Assembly (NCBI GenBank): GCA_003599235.1
Contig: QZJE01000007.1
Location: 16,585 to 80,584 of the forward strand
DNA length: 64,000 bases
Reading direction: 5' to 3'
From: Actinomycetota bacterium
GTDB lineage: Bacteria > Actinomycetota > Aquicultoria > SURF-47
The notes under the pieces are model-generated. The model was not told the origin of the DNA. It searched no databases and saw only the letters and a list, made by a program, of their open reading frames with translations. Shown here one piece after another: positions 8,729 through 18,118 of the stretch. The position numbers and the translations under genes were made by a program. Position 1 is the stretch's first letter. Every line of letters begins with the position of its first letter.

Positions 8729-9915
8729 TTGTTTTTCCTCGCCCAAGTTTTAAACGACATCCCAAAAAGCTCAATGAACCCTTCGGCCTTTGCCTGGTCA
8801 AAGGTATCGCCTTCTTCATAAGTAGCCAGCCCTAAATCATATAACGAGTATTTAGAGCTCCGTCCTACCACAGTGGCATTTCCTTTGTACAGTTTTAGCC
8901 GAACTTCGCCTTCAACATTACATTGCGACTGAACAAAAAAAGCATCCATGGCCTCTTTTAGAGGCGAAAACCATTGACCATTATAGATAAGCTGGGCGTA
9001 TTTATGCTCTAAGCTTTGTTTAAAATGAAGCATTTCACGCTCTAATACTAGTGCTTCAAGCTCGCGGTGAGCAGCAATTAAAATAGTGGCTGCCGGAGCT
9101 TCATATATTTCCCTGGATTTAATTCCTACCAAGCGGTTTTCTACCTGGTCAATACGGCCAATTCCAAAACGGCCGCCGATTTCATTTAGGTTAGCTATAA
9201 GTTTATCAAAACTTAATTTATGCTCATCGATACTTATCGGAACCCCGCTCTTAAAACCAATATTTATATATAGATGCTTATCTGGTGCATCTTGCGGATC
9301 AACTGTCCAAGCATAAGCCGCTTTGGGAGGCTCAACCCAAGGGTCTTCTAAGATTCCGCACTCAGCACTGCGTCCCCATAAATTCTCATCAATGCTATAC
9401 GGACTTTTCTTTTTAGCCTCTACTTCAATACCTTTTTCTTTGGCATAATCTATGGCCTGGCTGCGGGTCATTTTGTGTTTACGAACTGGAGCTATAATTT
9501 TTATATCCGGAGCAATAGCAGCGGCAGCAAGCTCTATTCTTACTTGGTCGTTGCCTTTTCCGGTGCAGCCATGAGCAATATATTTTGCTTTGCTTTGTTT
9601 GGCTTTTTCCGCTAATGCCTTGCCAATTAAAGGCCTGGATAACGCCGTTGCCAGAGGATATTTCCCCTCATAAACAGCATTGGCAATCAACGAAGAAGCT
9701 ACATAGTTTTCAGCAAAATCTTTTTTAGCCTCTACTATTAGGCTTTCGACTGCCCCTGCTTTTAAAGCTTTCTCTGCTGCTTTTTTTAAGTTACCGGGTT
9801 GGCCGACATCGACTAAGAGAGCAATAACATCTACATTGTAATTCTCTTGCAGCCAATTGATGGCAATAGATGTATCCAGACCTCCAGAGTATGCTAAAAC
9901 CGCTTTATCCTTCAT
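8725..9915 (-). CDS. argG: Argininosuccinate synthase
   Basis: LAYSGGLDTS, HGCTGKGNDQVR and ENRLVGIKSRE. Confidence 0.97.
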   Translation of the reverse strand: MKDKAVLAYSGGLDTSIAINWLQENYNVDVIALLVDVGQPGNLKKAAEKALKAGAVESLIVEAKKDFAENYVASSLIANAVYEGKYPLATALSRPLIGKALAEKAKQSKAKYIAHGCTGKGNDQVRIELAAAAIAPDIKIIAPVRKHKMTRSQAIDYAKEKGIEVEAKKKSPYSIDENLWGRSAECGILEDPWVEPPKAAYAWTVDPQDAPDKHLYINIGFKSGVPISIDEHKLSFDKLIANLNEIGGRFGIGRIDQVENRLVGIKSREIYEAPAATILIAAHRELEALVLEREMLHFKQSLEHKYAQLIYNGQWFSPLKEAMDAFFVQSQCNVEGEVRLKLYKGNATVVGRSSKYSLYDLGLATYEEGDTFDQAKAEGFIELFGMSFKTWARKNK

Positions 9916-10340
9916 TGTCTCTCCTTTAAGTTATCCAGCCTACCAGCTATTTCTTTAGGGTTAAGGCCTTCTTTTACTACCGCCAGTATTGTATCGTCTC
10001 CGGCTACCGTTCCAATGATCTGTGGCCATTTAACATTGTCTAAAGATAATCCAATTGCTTGAGCCGCTCCAGCTTGAGTCTTTATTACCACAATATTACC
10101 ACTGACTAAAATATCTCCAGCCATTGCCTTAAGCTGGTCTTTTAGCACCTTTTCCTTAGGCAATATATAACTTTGGTCGCTATCTTTTCCAAGCCCAAGC
10201 TCAGATACATCCCTGGAAACAGTTGCTTGAGTGACATCAAACCCTTCTTCTTTTAAAGAAATCACTAATTCTTCTTGAGTTTTTATTTTTTTCGATGATA
10301 TGAGCTCTGCTAAGAACTTAAGCCTTTTCTGTTTATTCAT
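9912..10340 (-). CDS. argR: Arginine repressor
   Basis: TQATVSRD and GTVAGDDT. Start set at the ATGA overlap with argF. Confidence 0.93.
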   Translation of the reverse strand: MNKQKRLKFLAELISSKKIKTQEELVISLKEEGFDVTQATVSRDVSELGLGKDSDQSYILPKEKVLKDQLKAMAGDILVSGNIVVIKTQAGAAQAIGLSLDNVKWPQIIGTVAGDDTILAVVKEGLNPKEIAGRLDNLKERQ

Positions 10341-11254
10341 TGCCTTTCTCCAAGCAAGGTCCAAAGTAAGGCTTTTTGAGTATGAAGCCGGTTTTCAGCC
10401 TGATCCCAGACTACGCTTTGGGTGCTATCGATTATCTCAGAGGTGATTTCTTCTCCCCTGTGTGCAGGCAAGCAATGCATTATTAATGCATCATCTTTTG
10501 CCTTAGATATTAGTTCCTTATTAACCTGATATGGCTTAAATATTTTGATTCGTTTTTGGTGTTCTTCTTCTTGGCCCATTGATGCCCAAACATCAGTATA
10601 AATAACATCGGCATCGCTAACTGCCTTTAGGGGATCATCGGTGATAAAAGTTTTTGAATCATCACTTTTTAGTTTCATAGCTGTTTTAACAATTTCCTTG
10701 TTAGGCTCATATCCTATAGGGGTAGCAATGCTAATATCGGCCCCAGCTAAAGCAGATGCAATAATCAAAGAATGGCAAACATTGTTGCCATCACCAACAT
10801 AAGCTATTTTAATTCCCTGCAAGCGGTCTTTTTTCTCTAAGATTGTCATCATGTCAGCTAATGCCTGACATGGGTGATGATCATCTGTTAAAGCATTAAT
10901 AACCGGCACCTCTGCTACAGAGGCCATCTCTTCTAAATCAGAGTGAGCATAAGTACGAACCACGATAGCGCTAACATAGCGGGACAGAACATGGGCAGTA
11001 TCTTTAGTAGTTTCTCCCCTACCCAGCTGTAAATCAGTAGCATGTAAATATATGGGATTACCCCCCAGTTCATAGACACCTGCCTCAAAAGAAACCCTGG
11101 TGCGGGTAGATGATTTTTTAAAAATCAAAGCCACGCTTTTGCCGTATAAGCTGCCTTCTTCGGAATGCGGCTCTTTTTTTAAGCTAATAGCCTTAGCTAA
11201 GAGTTCAAAAAGTTCGTCTTTATTTAATTCTTCTAAAGTTAAAATATTTTTCAT
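10337..11254 (-). CDS. argF: Ornithine carbamoyltransferase
   Basis: STRTRVSF, HPCQ, SMG and HCLP. Confidence 0.97.
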   Translation of the reverse strand: MKNILTLEELNKDELFELLAKAISLKKEPHSEEGSLYGKSVALIFKKSSTRTRVSFEAGVYELGGNPIYLHATDLQLGRGETTKDTAHVLSRYVSAIVVRTYAHSDLEEMASVAEVPVINALTDDHHPCQALADMMTILEKKDRLQGIKIAYVGDGNNVCHSLIIASALAGADISIATPIGYEPNKEIVKTAMKLKSDDSKTFITDDPLKAVSDADVIYTDVWASMGQEEEHQKRIKIFKPYQVNKELISKAKDDALIMHCLPAHRGEEITSEIIDSTQSVVWDQAENRLHTQKALLWTLLGERQ

Positions 11255-12426
11255 TTGAGTATCTCCAGTAAAGCATCGACAACCTTATCAATATCAGCTT
11301 GCTCGATTATTAGCGGTGGAAGCATTCGGATGATATTATCCCCAATATTATTAACTAGGATGCCTTCATCCATCATCTTCTTAACAATCTCTTTAGCTAT
11401 AGGTTTTTTAAGTTCTATTCCAACCATTAGTCCTTTGCCTCTGATGCTAACAGCATAACCCTCAAGCTCTACTAGACGTTTAAATAAATAGTCTCCGCTA
11501 ACAGCTGCCTTTTCGACAAGTTCTTTCTCTTGCATTACTTCAAGCGTAGCTAAGGCTGACATACAAACTACCGGCCCTCCCCCATAAGTCGTGCCATGAT
11601 CTCCATAACCAAGGTAAGCTGATATTTCTTCTTTAGCAATAAAAGCCCCAATGGGAAGGCCGTTTCCTAAGGCCTTGGCGACCGTTAAAATATCCGGTTC
11701 AATCAGTAAATGCTGGTAAGCAAACATTTTACCGGTGCGGCCAAAACCGGTTTGTATTTCATCTAATATCAAAAGTAAACCCTTGTCTTGGCATAACTCA
11801 TATACTGCAATTAAGTAATCATTATCACAAGGAATAACGCCGCCTTCTCCCTGGATAGGCTCAAGCATAATAGCACAAGTATTTTCATTAATAGCCTGCT
11901 TTAGGGCCTTAATGTCATTTAAGGGGACATGAACAAAACCTGGTGGTAAAGGCTCAAATGCTTTTTGTTTTTCTGGTTGGCCAGTTGCAGCCAGCATTTT
12001 AAGGGTACGGCCATGAAAAGAATTAAAAGCGGTAATAATCTCTGGTTTAGTTATCCCTAGTTTCTGCTTAGCATATTTGCGGGCTAGTTTAACCGCCCCT
12101 TCATTTGCCTCAGCTCCGCTATTGGCAAAAAAGCATTTGCCTTGCCCAAAGGAGATTTCTACCAGTTTTTTGGCTAAATCTACCTGGGGCTTTGTATAAT
12201 AGAGATTGCTTGTATGTATTAACTCACCTAATTGTTCGCAGGCTGCCTTAACTACCTTGGGATGACAATGCCCGATACTTGTAACCCCTAGCCCACAGAC
12301 AAAATCCAGGTACTTTTTGTCTTCTTTATCCCAAAGATATTTGCCCCGACCTCGTACAAACTCTACTGGCCACCGGCCATAAGTCTGGATATGAAATTGC
12401 TTCTCTTGCTCAATTATATTTGGCAT
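11251..12426 (-). CDS. argD: Acetylornithine aminotransferase
   Basis: NSGAEANE, FHGRT, DEIQTG, and AKALG (PLP lysine). Operon context. Confidence 0.93.
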   Translation of the reverse strand: MPNIIEQEKQFHIQTYGRWPVEFVRGRGKYLWDKEDKKYLDFVCGLGVTSIGHCHPKVVKAACEQLGELIHTSNLYYTKPQVDLAKKLVEISFGQGKCFFANSGAEANEGAVKLARKYAKQKLGITKPEIITAFNSFHGRTLKMLAATGQPEKQKAFEPLPPGFVHVPLNDIKALKQAINENTCAIMLEPIQGEGGVIPCDNDYLIAVYELCQDKGLLLILDEIQTGFGRTGKMFAYQHLLIEPDILTVAKALGNGLPIGAFIAKEEISAYLGYGDHGTTYGGGPVVCMSALATLEVMQEKELVEKAAVSGDYLFKRLVELEGYAVSIRGKGLMVGIELKKPIAKEIVKKMMDEGILVNNIGDNIIRMLPPLIIEQADIDKVVDALLEILK

Positions 12427-12430
12427 AAAA

Positions 12431-12451
12431 CCCTAACCACTAACCCCTAAC
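12431..12451. repeat. Heptamer array overlapping argB stop
   Basis: CCCTAAC CACTAAC CCCTAAC. Confidence 0.6.
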
Positions 12452-13288
12452 CACCATGGTGCCAACTCCTTCATCAGTAAAAATCTCCAATAATAGTGCA
12501 TGTTGAATGGTTCCGTTTAATATGTGGCAACGATGAACGCCTGAATCTATGGCTTCTATGCAGCTAAGAAGCTTTGGCAGCATACCACCTTTGAGACGAC
12601 CGTCATCAATTAATTTCTGGCTTTGTTCTATGTTTAGAACAGATAACAAGCTATCTTTTTCGCCTATTTTGCCGTAGATCCCATCTACATCTGTTAGATA
12701 AATCAATTTTTCTGCCTTTATAGCTTCTGCAACCGAAGCTGCTACAGTATCAGCGTTAATGTTGTAAGAATTTCCATCTTGGCCTTGCCCCACCGAGGAG
12801 ATTACCGGTATTTTTCCTTCCTTAATAGTCTTATTAAGCTTTTCTACATCTACACTTTGAACATCGCCTACAAATCCCAAATCCTTGTCATATTGTTTTT
12901 TGTAAGCAACAATAACTTCTCCTGAATAAGCTTGGGCAACATCGCCATGTTTATTAATATTATCTGCTATTCTCTGGCATGCCTGGCCTAAAACTTTGGC
13001 TACTATATCCATTGTGGGCTTATCTGTTAGCCGCAAGCCGTCAACAAACTTAGGCTCAATACCTGCGTTTCGCATTGCCAAACTAATCTCAGGCCCGCCA
13101 CCGTGAACTACTACCGGGTTTAGCCCCACATAGTGCATCAAGGCCAGGTCGTTAACTATCGATTGTTTTAGTTTTTCTAAAACCATCGCTTTACCGCCAT
13201 ATTTGATAACAACCGTCTTGCCTTTATATTCCTTAATATAAGGCAAGGCTTGCATCAATATTTTGGCTTTAGCTATTGCGTTCTCCAT
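12440..13288 (-). CDS. argB: Acetylglutamate kinase
   Basis: IKYGG, VHGGGP, NINAD and GGMLPK. Confidence 0.96.
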   Translation of the reverse strand: MENAIAKAKILMQALPYIKEYKGKTVVIKYGGKAMVLEKLKQSIVNDLALMHYVGLNPVVVHGGGPEISLAMRNAGIEPKFVDGLRLTDKPTMDIVAKVLGQACQRIADNINKHGDVAQAYSGEVIVAYKKQYDKDLGFVGDVQSVDVEKLNKTIKEGKIPVISSVGQGQDGNSYNINADTVAASVAEAIKAEKLIYLTDVDGIYGKIGEKDSLLSVLNIEQSQKLIDDGRLKGGMLPKLLSCIEAIDSGVHRCHILNGTIQHALLLEIFTDEGVGTMVVRG

Positions 13289-13296
13289 ACTTTATG

Positions 13297-13331
13297 ACTC
13301 CCTACTCACCACTCACTACTTACGACTTACG
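13297..13331. repeat. Heptamer tandem array (argJ-argB spacer)
   Basis: ACTCCCT ACTCACC ACTCACT ACTTACG ACTTACG. Confidence 0.8.
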
Positions 13332-13335
13332 GTTT

Positions 13336-14577
13336 TTATGTATGATACTCCGCATTTATTTTTACATAGTCATAGCTTAAATCGGCTGTCCAAACAGTTG
13401 TTTCGGCTTTTTTAAGCTTCAGGTCAATAGTCATTTTAAGCTCATCTCTTTTCATATACTCTTTCAGTTCTTTGCTTGCGAACTTAACCGGCAGCCCGTT
13501 TTTTACCAGCTCAATTTCGCCTAGGCTAAGACCTAATTTAAGAGGATCGATATCTACTCCACTGTAGCCAATTGCAGCTACAATGCGTCCCCAGTTAGCA
13601 TCCTGACCAAAGAACGCCGTTTTTATTAAAAGTGAATTAGCGATAGATTTAGCAATAGCCTTTGCATCTTCTTCGGTTTGAGCCCCTTTAACCTTGACGG
13701 TAATAAACTTAGTAGCTCCTTCGGCATCCTTTACAATTTTTTTAGCTAAGGCTGAACATACTTTTAAAACCGCCTTGTATACCAGCTCTTCATTCTTATC
13801 ATCAATACTGACTTTATGATTTCCGGCGGTACCGTTAGCTAATAAAACACACATGTCGTTGGTAGAGGTATCGCCGTCGACGGTAATCGAATTAAAAGTA
13901 AGATTGGCTGCCCTCTCTATCACCTTGCGCAGCAGCTTCCGATTAGCCCGCAGGTCGGTAACAATAAAAGCCAGCATAGTCGCCTGCCTGCCGGCAGGCA
14001 CGGCGGTAGGCATCTCTTGGGGAACATGCATATCGGGGGCAATCATGCCGCTGCCTTTAGCAATGCCGGATACCGTAATCAATTGGTTATCAATCTCAAA
14101 CTGAACCGAGGCTTCTTTTGGAACCGTGTCTGTAGTCATGATAGCCTCAGCCACTTCGTATCCCTTATTAACCCCTAAACTATGAACAGCTTCATTTATG
14201 GCTGGTTCAATTTTGGCAATCGGCAGTTTTTCCCCAATTATGCCGGTTGAAGCTACCATAACACTTTTTTCTTCGATTCCTAATTTTTTAGCAGTAACTG
14301 AGGCCATTTTATAGGCATCAGCCAGACCTTTTTTACCGGTAGCCGAGTTGGCGTTTCCGCTGTTAACGATAATAGCTTGAGGCATCGAAGCCATTTGATG
14401 CTCTATCGAAACCTTAATTGGGGCTGCTGCCATTTTGTTTGTTGTATAAACTGCAGCCGACTTGGCAGGCATCTCTGAGTAAATAAGGCCTAAGTCTTTG
14501 CCTTTACTCTTAATGCCGGACTCAACTCCGGCAAACTTAAATCCTTTTGGCGGTATAAAACGATCAAAGTACTCCAA
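13336..14577 (-). CDS. argJ: Ornithine acetyltransferase / N-acetylglutamate synthase with a 15-aa insertion
   Basis: NSGNAN, IMTTD, KGSGMIAP, ATML, DGDTSTND and DANWGR. Confidence 0.95.
   Translation of the reverse strand: MEYFDRFIPPKGFKFAGVESGIKSKGKDLGLIYSEMPAKSAAVYTTNKMAAAPIKVSIEHQMASMPQAIIVNSGNANSATGKKGLADAYKMASVTAKKLGIEEKSVMVASTGIIGEKLPIAKIEPAINEAVHSLGVNKGYEVAEAIMTTDTVPKEASVQFEIDNQLITVSGIAKGSGMIAPDMHVPQEMPTAVPAGRQATMLAFIVTDLRANRKLLRKVIERAANLTFNSITVDGDTSTNDMCVLLANGTAGNHKVSIDDKNEELVYKAVLKVCSALAKKIVKDAEGATKFITVKVKGAQTEEDAKAIAKSIANSLLIKTAFFGQDANWGRIVAAIGYSGVDIDPLKLGLSLGEIELVKNGLPVKFASKELKEYMKRDELKMTIDLKLKKAETTVWTADLSYDYVKINAEYHT
13984..14028. repeat. In-frame 45-bp insertion in argJ containing a perfect 16-bp palindrome
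   Basis: TGCCTGCCGGCAGGCA at 13985-14000. The insertion encodes HVPQEMPTAVPAGRQ between PDM and ATML. Confidence 0.75.
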
Positions 14578-14586
14578 TTTTTTCCT

Positions 14587-14621
14587 CCCTTATCCCTTAA
14601 CACTTATCCCTCATCCCTGAA
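14587..14621. repeat. Heptamer tandem array (argC-argJ spacer)
   Basis: CCCTTAT CCCTTAA CACTTAT CCCTCAT CCCTGAA. Confidence 0.8.
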
Positions 14622-14624
14622 GCA

Positions 14625-15593
14625 CTAAGGGTACACCCCTAGTGCTTCTAGTCCTTCCCATTCATTTAAACCAAACATAATGTTCATGTTCTGTATTGCC
14701 TGGCCGGCAGCCCCTTTAACCAGGTTATCTATAACACTCATAATAAAAACCTTGCCGCCTTTCTCATCTACCTCTAGACCAATATGGCAATAGTTAGAAC
14801 CTAAAACCGCTTTTAATTCAGGATATTGCTCATCCAAGATATTTACAAAATAGGCGTCCTGATAAAAACTTTTATAATGGTCAACTAATTCCTCTTTTGA
14901 ATAATCCTTGGCTAAGTCTGCCACAACAGTACTGTATATTCCCCGGCTTACTGGTATTAGGTGAGGAGTAAAAGTTAATTTGGTATCATCTTCTGAAAGC
15001 TTGCTTAATTCTTGCTCCATCTCTGCAATATGTTGATGAACGTTGCCAACTTTGTAAGCACTGACATTAGCTTGATACTTGGCAAAAGAATACTCAGCTG
15101 ATGCTCCGGCACCACTTAATCCGCTCAAAGAATTGACTACAATGTTGCCGGCCATCTGATATTTTAGAGCCGGCGCCAATGCCAATATTATACTAGTAGG
15201 GTAACACCCGGGGTTAGCAATTAAGCTAGCCTGCTCTATCTTGTCCTTATTTAACTCGCATAAACCATAAACCGCCTCATTATTATCTATTCGGTAATCT
15301 TGCGACAAATCGATTACTTTGAGGCCGCCCTCTAAAAGTTCAGGCACAAACTTCTTAGAAACTCCGTGAGGCAATGCCGTAAATACTACATCGCACTTAG
15401 CTTTGATTTTGGTTGCGTCATAGCCCTCAAAAATAATATCAGCAGCAATATTGGGATATAACTCCTGAATATGCTTATTTGCATAGCATTTTGAGGTAGC
15501 ACTAAGAACTTCTACTTGTTTATGGTGCTTAAGTAAGCGCACAATTTCCGCTCCGGAATATCCTGATGCACCCACCACTGCCGCTCTTATCAT
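14625..15593 (-). CDS. argC: N-acetyl-gamma-glutamyl-phosphate reductase
   Basis: GASGYSG, ANPGCYPT and DNLVKGAAGQA. Start moved to ATG 15593, downstream of GGGAG. Confidence 0.95.
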   Translation of the reverse strand: MIRAAVVGASGYSGAEIVRLLKHHKQVEVLSATSKCYANKHIQELYPNIAADIIFEGYDATKIKAKCDVVFTALPHGVSKKFVPELLEGGLKVIDLSQDYRIDNNEAVYGLCELNKDKIEQASLIANPGCYPTSIILALAPALKYQMAGNIVVNSLSGLSGAGASAEYSFAKYQANVSAYKVGNVHQHIAEMEQELSKLSEDDTKLTFTPHLIPVSRGIYSTVVADLAKDYSKEELVDHYKSFYQDAYFVNILDEQYPELKAVLGSNYCHIGLEVDEKGGKVFIMSVIDNLVKGAAGQAIQNMNIMFGLNEWEGLEALGVYP

Positions 15594-15609
15594 ATTAACT
15601 CCCGTTTTA

Positions 15610-15655
15610 TGTATAATTTTAAACAATTATACACTATTATCAGATAAAGTAAAGA
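15610..15655 (-). promoter_or_regulatory. arg operon promoter with overlapping ARG-box-like inverted repeat
   Basis: TGTATAATT-N6-AATTATACA (15610-15633) overlaps a minus-strand TTTACT-N16-TATAAT. argR is in the operon. Confidence 0.55.
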
Positions 15656-15676
15656 AAATATTAAATATTTTAAGAA

Positions 15677-18058
15677 TTAACGGATTTCAGCGCTTACTTC
15701 TTTTTCTAAAGCCTTTTTAACTTTCTTGTGCTGAAGCAGAGCTTCTTCCATTTTGAGAGTGCGCTCATAGTTTTGATAATATAGGCTAAAGGCTAAGCTT
15801 TTTTTATTATCAGGGATGCCTTTGCCTGTATATAGATCAAATAAGCGTACAGTTTTTAAAAGTTCTTGGCCGGCTTCTTTTATCGCCCGCATAATATCTT
15901 TGTTAGCGACTTCTTTATTTACTAAAATAGCAACATCTAAATCAATTCCCGGATACTTAGGCACTCCCACAAAGGCTACTTCTTGGCTGGAGCTTTTCAT
16001 TAAAGAAGCCATATCTACCTCAGCATAATAAACAGCTTTGCTCAGCTCGAAAACATCAAGCACTTTTTGGGTTAATTCTCCGATATGCCCTGCCTTATCA
16101 GAACCAACCACAATTGAGGCAGAGCGCCCCTGTTTATATATCTGGTAATCCTTCGGCGAAAAATCGTAACCCGATACCTTTAAATCGTCAAATATCAACT
16201 CTAAAATTCCTTTTAAATCATAGAAATCAAAAGATAGTTTGTCTTGATGCCATTCTTTGTCTTGCCAACTGCCGCCGATAATTATGCCTAGTTTACCTGG
16301 CTCTTTAGGAAGTTTGGAGTTAGGCAAAAAGACTTTTCCGAGCTCAAATAACTTAACGTTATCTTGGCCTCTGTTAACATTGAACATAAAAGTGCTAAGT
16401 AAACCCGGAAGAAGAGTTGTTCTTAGAACTCCGTGATCTTCGGATAAAGGATTAGCAATAGCCACTACGTCTTGGTCTACGGGCAGTTTGGCTATCAAAT
16501 CCTTGGACTGAAAACTATAGGTTATGGCTTCCATCAAACCAGTTGATACCAGCAATTGCTTTACTCTTGATTCAATCTTCTGCTCTCTTGTCAATTCGCC
16601 GTGCTTGCCGCTGGATTCTGGTAAAGTAGATTCAATATTGTTTAATCCGTATAGGCGGGCCACTTCTTCTATTAAATCTATTTCCCGCTCCAAGTCCGGC
16701 CGAAACGTTGGCACCTTAACATTAAGACTGCTTTTGTCTTTTGATATATTAAGGTCTAAGCTTTCTAGTATTTTTTCTATTTTGCTATTTTTTATATCAG
16801 TTCCCAGCACTTGATTAGTTTTATCAACGCTTAAATTAATAGTTACCGGATTTATTTTTTTAGGATAGATATCAACTGTTCCTTTAAGAACTTTTCCTCC
16901 AGCAATATCGGCCATTAATTGAGCTGCCCTGTCAGCAGCAATTGCGCACCCGTTAGGATCTATGCCGCGCTCAAAACGCATTGAAGACTCTGAAATAAGT
17001 CCTAAGTTTCTGGAAGTACGGCTGATATTTTTAGGATCAAAATAAGCTGATTCCAAAAGCACTATTTTTGTTTCAGTGCTTACCTCAGTTGTAGCCCCAC
17101 CCATTACCCCGGCTAAAGCAATTGGGCCAGAAGAATCGGTTATCAATAGATTGTTTTCATTTAAAGAACGCTCTATGTCGTCTAGGGTAGTAATTTTTTC
17201 ACCCTTATTAGCCCTGCGTACAACTATCTTGCCATCTTTAACCAGCTCATAATCAAAGGCATGCAGGGGCTGGCAGTACTCAAAGAGCACGTAGTTGGTA
17301 ATGTCAACAATGTTATTTATTGGCCTCACCCCAGCTGCAATTAAACGCCTTTTCATCCAATCAGGAGATTGACCTATTTTTACATCAGTAATCACTTTTG
17401 CAGCATACCTGGGACACAACTCTGGATTTTCTATCTTCACCGAAACAAGCTCACTAACCTCTTTACTCTCAACTCTATAGTCTATTTCCGGTATCTTATA
17501 AGGCCTTCCCAGAATGGCTCCAATTTCTCTAGCCATGCCTATCATCCCTAAACAATCCGGCCGGTTTGGGGTAATCTCTAACTCAATTACAACATCATCT
17601 AGCTGCATGGCTTTCGCTAAAGGCTGTCCTACTTTTAAATCCGCAGGCAGTATCATTAATCCGGATGCATCTTCGCCAATTTGCAATTCGGTTTTTGAAC
17701 AAAGCATACCGTTGGATTCTACTCCTCTCAAAGAAGCCTTCTTTATCTTAAAACCGCCAGGAAGAACAGCCCCTACTAAAGCTAAAGGAACTTTGTCACC
17801 TTCAGCCATATTTCTAGCTCCACAAACGATATCCAGTGTTTGTTTGCCTGTTGTTACCTCGCAAATAGTTAGCTTGTCAGCATTGGGATGGGGTTTAATT
17901 TTTAGTATCTGGCTGACGATTACTCTATCTAAACCCTTGGCTGGTTCATCGATACCTTCGACTGCTGTGCCTGTCAAATCAAGCTTATCAGCTAACTCTT
18001 CGGGAGATAAATCGTCTATCTTTACATATTCATTTAACCAATTTAGTGAAACTCTCAT
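15677..18058 (-). CDS. pheT: Phenylalanyl-tRNA synthetase beta subunit
   Basis: HPNADKL, ITPNRPD, RFERG, DLIEEVAR, and a C-terminal FDX-ACB domain. Confidence 0.97.
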   Translation of the reverse strand: MRVSLNWLNEYVKIDDLSPEELADKLDLTGTAVEGIDEPAKGLDRVIVSQILKIKPHPNADKLTICEVTTGKQTLDIVCGARNMAEGDKVPLALVGAVLPGGFKIKKASLRGVESNGMLCSKTELQIGEDASGLMILPADLKVGQPLAKAMQLDDVVIELEITPNRPDCLGMIGMAREIGAILGRPYKIPEIDYRVESKEVSELVSVKIENPELCPRYAAKVITDVKIGQSPDWMKRRLIAAGVRPINNIVDITNYVLFEYCQPLHAFDYELVKDGKIVVRRANKGEKITTLDDIERSLNENNLLITDSSGPIALAGVMGGATTEVSTETKIVLLESAYFDPKNISRTSRNLGLISESSMRFERGIDPNGCAIAADRAAQLMADIAGGKVLKGTVDIYPKKINPVTINLSVDKTNQVLGTDIKNSKIEKILESLDLNISKDKSSLNVKVPTFRPDLEREIDLIEEVARLYGLNNIESTLPESSGKHGELTREQKIESRVKQLLVSTGLMEAITYSFQSKDLIAKLPVDQDVVAIANPLSEDHGVLRTTLLPGLLSTFMFNVNRGQDNVKLFELGKVFLPNSKLPKEPGKLGIIIGGSWQDKEWHQDKLSFDFYDLKGILELIFDDLKVSGYDFSPKDYQIYKQGRSASIVVGSDKAGHIGELTQKVLDVFELSKAVYYAEVDMASLMKSSSQEVAFVGVPKYPGIDLDVAILVNKEVANKDIMRAIKEAGQELLKTVRLFDLYTGKGIPDNKKSLAFSLYYQNYERTLKMEEALLQHKKVKKALEKEVSAEIR

Positions 18059-18073
18059 AGTAAAAATCCAATC

Positions 18074-18115
18074 AACGCCAAGTACCAGGGACTAAGGACT
18101 AAGTACCAAGTACCG
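18074..18115. repeat. Heptamer tandem array (pheS-pheT spacer)
   Basis: AACGCCA AGTACCA GGGACTA AGGACTA AGTACCA AGTACCG. Confidence 0.8.
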
Positions 18116-18118
18116 TTT

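Noticed and set aside
13297..13331. Heptamer arrays as CRISPR or DGR repeats
   Set aside because: There is no repeat-spacer structure, cas gene, reverse transcriptase or TR/VR pair with A-specific mismatches.
13984..14028. ArgJ and HisF inserts as inteins or introns
   Set aside because: They are far too short, with no C/S...HN intein ends and no group I/II intron features.
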